Positions 57,818-64,000 of a stretch of 64,000 nt of DNA are shown here, piece by piece (position 1 is the first letter of the stretch; every line of letters starts with the position of its first letter). The translations under genes were made by a program, and so were the position numbers. The stretch spans positions 5,049 through 69,048 of the forward strand of contig JBHORK010000002.1 of NCBI GenBank assembly GCA_042565725.1, written 5' to 3'. This DNA is from Verrucomicrobiota bacterium (GTDB lineage: Bacteria; Verrucomicrobiota; Kiritimatiellia; UBA8416; JBHORK01). The notes beneath the pieces were generated by a model. It had not been told where the DNA came from. It saw only the letters and a program-made list of their open reading frames with translations, and did no database searches.

Positions 57818-58660
57818 TCACTTCGCCGCTTTACTGAGGACAACTTCAGTAATAGACCTTCCGTCCGTAAGAATCGGCGCCTCTCTTGACTTCCACAAAC
57901 GCCGTTTGGCTGCAGCAGTCATATTGTGCCCCTTTGTAAAGAACAAAAGCATATCAAACTGTGAAGCCAGACCGTAGAACAAACGAGCAACTGAATAAAA
58001 GCGTGTCACTTTCCTGGAATCCTCACCATGCTTCAGCTTTATCAACCTGACTATAAACTGAACCAGCACATCCGTTAATTCGACACAGAATCGTGAATAT
58101 GTGCGTATATTAAAAACATCAAACCCGTCCTTTAATATATTGAACAACTGATACTCTGTATAACCTGGACGAACCATACCTCTCTTCATAGGCGACACAC
58201 CCATTGCTCCCTGCAACAAGGGAATCAATGACCATGATTTAATTCTTGCAGTACTAATAACAAGTTTTCCGTCCGGCTTCAAAATCCTGTGACATTCTTC
58301 AATTAATTCTACATCAGATTCAGAACGTTCCAATTCGTTAATTATCGCAACAACATCAAACGATTTATCGTCATACGGTAATTTGCTGCCTTTTTGCACC
58401 TTAACATTGTCTTTAACCATTTCACGGACAGACTCCGCGATATCTTTACTCGCTACTACACTATGCCAGTCTCCACCACCTTTGCGGATATAATAGTTTA
58501 GCATCGCATTGTCAGAGCCTATATCAAGACAGGTAATCCCTTTCGTGCTGCCTAAGGACCTGAGAATTTCCTGCAGTTTTACCCGAATAGGCAAAGAGCT
58601 CCTGAAAACATGCAATTGGCGTCTTGCTTCGGGCGATAAATCAGTTTTTGATGTAATCAT
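57818..58660 (-). CDS. class I SAM-dependent methyltransferase
   Basis: CLDIGSDNAM (motif I-like), FDVVAIINELE, ILKPDGKLVIST. Confidence 0.7.
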   Translation of the reverse strand: MITSKTDLSPEARRQLHVFRSSLPIRVKLQEILRSLGSTKGITCLDIGSDNAMLNYYIRKGGGDWHSVVASKDIAESVREMVKDNVKVQKGSKLPYDDKSFDVVAIINELERSESDVELIEECHRILKPDGKLVISTARIKSWSLIPLLQGAMGVSPMKRGMVRPGYTEYQLFNILKDGFDVFNIRTYSRFCVELTDVLVQFIVRLIKLKHGEDSRKVTRFYSVARLFYGLASQFDMLLFFTKGHNMTAAAKRRLWKSREAPILTDGRSITEVVLSKAAK

Positions 58661-58882
58661 ACCTTCCTCACTTTAATACCTGTCCAATATACCATTTATC
58701 TCTTCCCAGTCAAATATTAGGAATTTGCGTTGTAACGCAAAGCCAAAGGGATGGCCCGCCTACGCCAACCTCCGTCGCCAAGGCTATGGAGGTCAAGAGG
58801 CTACGGCGAGGCAAGCAGGGGATAGCCCTGTCATCCGACAGGGCAGGCAAAGGACAGGAAGGAATAGAAGGGGGAAATAAGT

Positions 58883-59108
58883 CCAAATCGGTATCCAAAT
58901 CGGTATCCAAATCGAAATAATATGGGGTTGGGATGCGGAAAACTGAATATCTACCGTCCTATGATTCTCTGAATATTGCCTAAGGCAATGGCAAAACAGT
59001 GAAATCGATAGCGATCCCGATAGCGATTTCGATGGGGTTAGATTTGGCTAAGGTGAATATAACAAGATAATGAGGTCAAAGTGACAACTTTAAATCAGGA
59101 CTTGACCG
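58883..59108 (-). repeat. about 226-bp conserved intergenic element, copy 3
   Basis: The reverse complement is nearly identical to 13697-13922, with a handful of substitutions. Confidence 0.85.
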
Positions 59109-59178
59109 GAAATTTGTATCCCGCATCCCTAATCTCACATACCGTATTTCGTATTTCGCCTGCCCCCATACCCCTTTT

Positions 59179-59282
59179 CCTGAGTCCTTCCTCCTGACTC
59201 CTGACTCCTGATTTCTGTCTCCTGATTTCTGTCTCCTGTCTTCTTAACCATTGACCATTTACCATTCTCCATTATACCATCC
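59179..59282. repeat. CTGA-core heptamers followed by CCATTNN heptamers, ending 9 nt before the pyrC ATG
   Basis: cctgactcctgactcctgatttctgtctcctgatttctgtctcctgtc ... ccattga ccattta ccattct ccattat accatcc. Confidence 0.8.
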
Positions 59283-59291
59283 GTTAATACT

Positions 59292-60578
59292 ATGCAAAAC
59301 ACCTGGCATATCAAAAACGGACGAATAATAGATCCGTTAACCAGCAGAGATGAGATTGCAGATCTTTACATAAAAAACGGGATAATATCCAAACCTGACA
59401 AAACAGGGTCTGACCTCGAAAAAACCAACAATGTCATTGACGCGCGAGGCTTTGTAGTTGTACCCGGATTCATTGATATGCACGTTCACTTCAGGGAACC
59501 GGGCAACGAAGAATCCGAAACCGTCGAATCAGGCTCGAAAGCCGCCGCCCGCGGCGGTTTCACTTCAGTCCTGATGATGCCAAATACCACCCCTCCACTT
59601 GATACAGGTGAAAAAATCTCCGAGATTCTCGATACAGGCGGAACATACCCGTACGCGCATGTTATGACTGCCGGCTGTATTACAAAAAACAGACAAGGCA
59701 AAGAACTGGCAAACCTGACAAAAATGAAAAAAGCGGGAGCCGTGACTTTTACTGACGACGGCGCAACGGTAGCTGATGAAAACCTTATGAGACTCGCAAT
59801 GAAAACCGCCAAAGAGTTAAAAACAGCCATTCTCGACCACGCACTTGATCCAGCACTTGCCGGCAAAGGCGTCATGCATGAAGGTTCTGTCTCAGCACAA
59901 CTTAAACTTCCCGGCATACCGACACAATCAGAGGTTAACATGGTTCAAAGAGACATAAGGCTTGCTGAAGAAACAGGGTGTCATATTCATATTCAGCACG
60001 TGTCCGCAAAAGAAACCGTTGAGCTAATCAGAAAAGCTCTTGATCGGGGACTACCAGTCTCCGGAGAAGCGACTCCGCATCATCTCGCCCTCATAGACTC
60101 TGACATCAACCCCAAAAATACAAACTTCAAAATGAATCCGCCTCTACGAACCAGCGCTGATCGCACAGCTCTGCTGTCCGCCGTGGCGGACGGAACACTC
60201 CGAATTCTTGCCACCGATCATGCACCGCACTCACATACCGGCAAAACAAAAAGTTTTCTTGATGCGCCATTCGGAGTAGTAGGTCTCGAAACAGCTATTG
60301 GAACAACTTACACTCTACTCGTCAAAAACAAGCTTATGAGTCTTGCGGACTGGATAGACAGGTGGACCGTTTCTCCTGCCCACGTGCTTAATCTTGAGCC
60401 ACCTGCCTTATCGCCGGGCCAAAAAGCCGATATAACCATTCTCGACCTGAATACCGAATGGACAATTCATTCAAATGAATTTGCATCAAAATCAACTAAT
60501 ACACCCTTTGAAGGCCGTAAAATAACCGGTCGACCGATTTATACCTTCTGCAACGGCATTATGACTTATGGCGATTAA
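59292..60578 (+). CDS. pyrC: dihydroorotase
   Basis: PGFIDMHVHFREPG, HIQHVS, ATDHAPH; 428 aa. Confidence 0.85.
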   Translation: MQNTWHIKNGRIIDPLTSRDEIADLYIKNGIISKPDKTGSDLEKTNNVIDARGFVVVPGFIDMHVHFREPGNEESETVESGSKAAARGGFTSVLMMPNTTPPLDTGEKISEILDTGGTYPYAHVMTAGCITKNRQGKELANLTKMKKAGAVTFTDDGATVADENLMRLAMKTAKELKTAILDHALDPALAGKGVMHEGSVSAQLKLPGIPTQSEVNMVQRDIRLAEETGCHIHIQHVSAKETVELIRKALDRGLPVSGEATPHHLALIDSDINPKNTNFKMNPPLRTSADRTALLSAVADGTLRILATDHAPHSHTGKTKSFLDAPFGVVGLETAIGTTYTLLVKNKLMSLADWIDRWTVSPAHVLNLEPPALSPGQKADITILDLNTEWTIHSNEFASKSTNTPFEGRKITGRPIYTFCNGIMTYGD

Positions 60579-60739
60579 ATCGTATTTCGCCTGCCAGGCC
60601 GAAGCCTTGGCGTAGGCTGGTGAAGCGTATTTCGTGTCTCGCATCGGGCATGCTCAAATTCCTAGGTTGACATTTTAACGAATTTATTGAGAATAAGCGG
60701 TCAATAAACATGTGACTAATCAATTAAATCGGGAACCAT

Positions 60740-61237
60740 ATGGCTCATCTTATCGTAATGTCGGGTGATTTGAAGGGAAGAAAGTTTTACATCGAGCAAA
60801 AGGAGACGACTATCGGTCGATCGTCTGATAATACCATAGCCCTCTCCGCTCCCGCTATCTCCGGCAAACATTGCTGCATTATTAAGGACGGCCATAAATA
60901 CACCGTCAAAGATCTAGGCTCCACCAATGGCACCCGATTAAACAACAAGATTATCAAGGAAGAGATCCGACTGGCCCCAAAAGACATCATAATGGTCGGT
61001 GCAGCCGAATTAATGGTCAACGGCAGCGAAATCGAAATCGATAAAAGCGCGTCATCTTCAACAGGACTATTTGAAGTATCGGCTGAGGAAAGCAGTGTTT
61101 CACAAAAATCATCAGCCACACCCGCGGCATTCGAGAAAAAACGAAATACGAAAATCATGTGGATTATCGTATTTATATTAACAGGCCTGCTTGCGATCAC
61201 GGCCCTTTCATGGTTCATCTACAAACTGTTTGCGTAA
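60740..61237 (+). CDS. FHA domain protein with C-terminal TM anchor
   Basis: TIGRSSDNTIALSAPAISGKHCCII...DLGSTNGTRLNNKII; C-terminal IMWIIVFILTGLLAITALSWFIY. Confidence 0.75.
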   Translation: MAHLIVMSGDLKGRKFYIEQKETTIGRSSDNTIALSAPAISGKHCCIIKDGHKYTVKDLGSTNGTRLNNKIIKEEIRLAPKDIIMVGAAELMVNGSEIEIDKSASSSTGLFEVSAEESSVSQKSSATPAAFEKKRNTKIMWIIVFILTGLLAITALSWFIYKLFA

Positions 61238-61308
61238 ACCGTATCTCGTGAAGCGTATCTCGTATCTCGTGAAGCGTATTTCGTGAAGAGTGTTTCGCAT
61301 TTCGTTTA

Positions 61309-61593
61309 TTAAAGCTTCTTTATCAAACTCTTTATCATTCTTGATTCATGATCCAGCATCTCAACCACTATTTGGAACCATGCTTAAAATGCTGTAAATC
61401 GCTATCGAAATCGAAATCGGGATCGAGAAACAATACGGGTCTTAGGTACAAGAAATGGGATGTTTTACGTTTGGAGAATAAGTGAAAAAACGATCTTCTT
61501 GTTATAAAACAGGGGAATCGATTTCGATAGCGATACCGATTTCGATGAGGTGTAAATATACATCCAAATCCCTGAAGTTTCTTTTCTTTCCAT
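61309..61593 (-). pseudogene. remnant of a second four-helix-bundle gene whose interior is replaced by a hexamer-inverted-repeat insert
   Basis: 61309-61364 matches 56428-56483 (C-terminal LEMLDHESRMIKSLIKKL*). 61558-61593 matches the 5' end (MERKET..RDLDV). 61365-61557 is unrelated sequence bounded by inverted ATCGNN arrays. Confidence 0.65.
61396..61547. repeat. MITE-like insert: inverted arrays of ATCGNN hexamers flanking about 88 bp
   Basis: aaATCGCTATCGAAATCGAAATCGGGATCGag (61396-61427) versus aATCGATTTCGATAGCGATACCGATTTCGAT (61516-61547). Confidence 0.5.
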
Positions 61594-61635
61594 GTTCCCT
61601 CTTTAACGAAATACGCTTCACGCTCTTCACGCTCT

Positions 61636-62631
61636 TCATATTCTCAAGTCATCAGCCGTCTCATCCGATACCGGCATAACATTGATATGCCTGGCACCCC
61701 GAGAAGATCTAATTTTCAAAGTCACTGGCTGGCCCGACGAACAATCGCTGTAACGCGCGCAAATTGCCCCTGCAAGCAAAATCTCTTCCTCACTAGCCGT
61801 AAAAGGAAGTAAACCCGTTGGACCCGGAAAATCTTCCACCTTGAAAATAAGATCATAAAGCTCGGCATTACCCTCAAGGGTTGCGTTATCATGTTCATTC
61901 CGCCCGACAATCATTTTCAACTGCATGCCAAGCCTGAAATGCCTACCAAACCTGAGCAGATAAACAGACCTTACTCCATCCAGCCCCTCATGTTCCTTCA
62001 AATCTTTCAAGCGCCGACAGAAATTCGGCTCGGTCAGCCGGCATCCGCCCGCTGGTGACGGAAAATTCGTGAGGCCATAATGTTTCGCAAGCTGTAACTG
62101 AGTTTTCCTGGATCGCCCTTCAATTGATAACAGTTTACTGCGATCGACCCATCCTTTGCGTTCTGGCTTCGTCTCGGACAGAAGACAGGCGCTCAGCGGA
62201 CGCAAAATCAAATCTTCATAACCCGATTCTTCGGCAACAACTTTAAGACTATTCCGATTCTGAGACATGGGACGTTCGTTTAGAACTTCTCCTGTACAGA
62301 GGAAATGAATCCCCATTTCCTCTATCATCTCACCCGCCCTCTTGAGCATCAGGGCATGACAATCAATGCACGGATTCATACAGGAACCAAAACCGTGCCT
62401 GGGCTTATCGAGTAAAGACATTATATCTGCGGAGAAATTAACCACATGAAGTGTAATATCCATCTGTTCCGCAGCAGACACCGCGGCCTCAATGTCCGAG
62501 AACGGACTGTCAAACACTACGCCATGCACTTCAATCCCCTGGTCTTTGAGAAGACAGACAGACAGCTGGCTGTCTAAACCGCCGGACAATAAGCACAACG
62601 CACTAATACGCTCTGACAATTTCAATGTCAC
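61636..62631 (-). CDS. PP-loop ATP pyrophosphatase family protein (ThiI/MnmA-like tRNA sulfurtransferase type)
   Basis: LLSGGLDSQLSV PP-loop; NPCIDCH; PAGGCRLTEPNF. Confidence 0.6.
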   Translation of the reverse strand: MTLKLSERISALCLLSGGLDSQLSVCLLKDQGIEVHGVVFDSPFSDIEAAVSAAEQMDITLHVVNFSADIMSLLDKPRHGFGSCMNPCIDCHALMLKRAGEMIEEMGIHFLCTGEVLNERPMSQNRNSLKVVAEESGYEDLILRPLSACLLSETKPERKGWVDRSKLLSIEGRSRKTQLQLAKHYGLTNFPSPAGGCRLTEPNFCRRLKDLKEHEGLDGVRSVYLLRFGRHFRLGMQLKMIVGRNEHDNATLEGNAELYDLIFKVEDFPGPTGLLPFTASEEEILLAGAICARYSDCSSGQPVTLKIRSSRGARHINVMPVSDETADDLRI

Positions 62632-62845
62632 ATCACTATCTATACGTGAAATATAAGAAGTAAAAAAGCTAAAAAACGCAAAGTCTCATCCCACGCCAAT
62701 CATAGCTTCCATTATTTACTAAACAAAATCATTGAACCCTTCTTTATGATCCCATATTATTCATCACGTTATTCGACCCTATCATTCGATAGGCTTGATA
62801 GAGCGGGTATGGTAATGAACTCAATAATTACAGGAGGACAGACAA

Positions 62846-63946
62846 ATGGCATTAATTGATTTTGGCGGTGTGAAAGAAAACGTGATTACTCGTAAAGAAT
62901 TCTCCCTGAGCAAAGCCAGGAAAATATTGAAAAACGAAACCATTGCCATTATCGGCTATGGTGTTCAGGGTCCCGCACAAGCGCTGAACCTTAAAGATAA
63001 CGGATTCAAGGTAATTATCGGACAATCAAAAGCCTTCAAGAAAGACTGGAACCGCGCCGTGAAGGATGGCTGGAAACCTGGCAAAACATTGTTCGACATT
63101 GAAGAAGCCGCAAAGCGCGGGACCGTCATACAAATGCTTGTTACAGATGCCGCGCAAAAAGTCATATGGCCGACAATAAAGAAATGCCTCAACAAGGGAG
63201 ATGCGCTATATTTTTCACACGGCTTCTCAATCGTTTACAAGGATCAGACAAAGATTATCCCTCCTAAGAATGTTGATGTCATACTCGTTGCGCCAAAAGG
63301 ATCCGGCACATCAGTACGCAGAAACTTCCTTTCCGGCGCAGGTATCAATTCCAGCTACGCGGTAAATCAGAATGCCACACGCAGGGCAAAAGAGCGTTGT
63401 ATTGCCCTTGGCATCGGAATAGGTTCCGGCTACCTTTTCCCCACAACTTTCGAGCAGGAAGTTTACAGCGACCTTACAGGAGAACGTGGAATACTTATGG
63501 GTGCACTGGCCGGTGTAATGGAGGCACAATATGATGTTCTTCGCAAAAACGGGCATAGCCCGAGCGAAGCTTTTAACGAAACCGTAGAGGAATTGACACA
63601 GAGCCTCATCCGTCTTGTCGACGAAAACGGTATGGACTGGATGTTCTCCAACTGTTCGGCAACAGCTCAGCGCGGAGCGCTCGACTGGAAACCAAAATTC
63701 AAAAAAGCCACACTGCCGGTTTTTAAAGAACTTTATAAGCGGGTTAAAAACGGTGATGAAACCAGGCGTGTTATACGTTCCTGCGGCGCAAAAAATTACA
63801 AAAAGAGCCTCGACAAAGAATTATCTGAACTCGGCAATTCTGAGATGTGGGCCACAGGTAAAGCTGTAAGAAGTCTCAGGCCGAAAGAAAAAGCCAAGAC
63901 TATTACAAAAACAACAAAGGGCGTTGGCGGCCGCAAATCAAATTAA
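62846..63946 (+). CDS. ilvC: ketol-acid reductoisomerase
   Basis: IAIIGYGVQGPAQALNLKDNG, LVAPKGSG, SATAQRGALDW; RBS AGGAGG upstream. Confidence 0.9.
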   Translation: MALIDFGGVKENVITRKEFSLSKARKILKNETIAIIGYGVQGPAQALNLKDNGFKVIIGQSKAFKKDWNRAVKDGWKPGKTLFDIEEAAKRGTVIQMLVTDAAQKVIWPTIKKCLNKGDALYFSHGFSIVYKDQTKIIPPKNVDVILVAPKGSGTSVRRNFLSGAGINSSYAVNQNATRRAKERCIALGIGIGSGYLFPTTFEQEVYSDLTGERGILMGALAGVMEAQYDVLRKNGHSPSEAFNETVEELTQSLIRLVDENGMDWMFSNCSATAQRGALDWKPKFKKATLPVFKELYKRVKNGDETRRVIRSCGAKNYKKSLDKELSELGNSEMWATGKAVRSLRPKEKAKTITKTTKGVGGRKSN

Positions 63947-64000
63947 GATCGGAATATTGGAAATTCGATATTAGAAATTTGAATTGTATCGTGTCTCTTC

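Overview
This is a bacterial chromosomal window of about 45% GC, with housekeeping operons interleaved with envelope and pilus genes. All calls rest on my own reading of the ORF translations and the DNA; no database search was run.

**Gene content**
- 1-13.6 kb holds a type IV pilus / T2SS-like supercluster. It comprises a minus-strand operon of six pilin-fold genes, including 682-aa and about 390-aa giants, plus a GspG-type pseudopilin and a short pilin with a sigma54-like promoter. These are followed by pilM-N-O-(P)-Q and a catalytically degenerate histidine-kinase/receiver protein.
- The remainder carries ispH, an MscS channel overlapping a sensor-less kinase, and panC.
- A one-carbon cluster follows (panE-fhs-folD-short purH-ahcY), then pit/DUF47, a B12 radical SAM gene and a GH20 gene.
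- Next are thrS-infC-rpmI-rplT, with infC starting at ATT.
- A Tol/Ton-like module (exbB-exbD-TPR-VWA) has a TonB/TolA-like SxxxH anchor on the VWA protein.
- The window ends with argH, ispA-plsY-gpsA, rpmH-rnpA-[4-helix-bundle pseudogene]-yidD-yidC, pyrC and ilvC.

**Most unusual signals**
- Nearly every intergenic gap is a mosaic of short 'constant core + variable tail' tandem words of 6-9 nt. These are often arranged as inverted arrays, and some are read through in frame inside genes (ispH, a TPR gene).
- A roughly 226-bp element occurs three times at 92-98% identity.

**Lineage**
- The abundance of pilin-like genes and a small basic protein suggest a PVC-type or related uncultured lineage. 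This is inference only.
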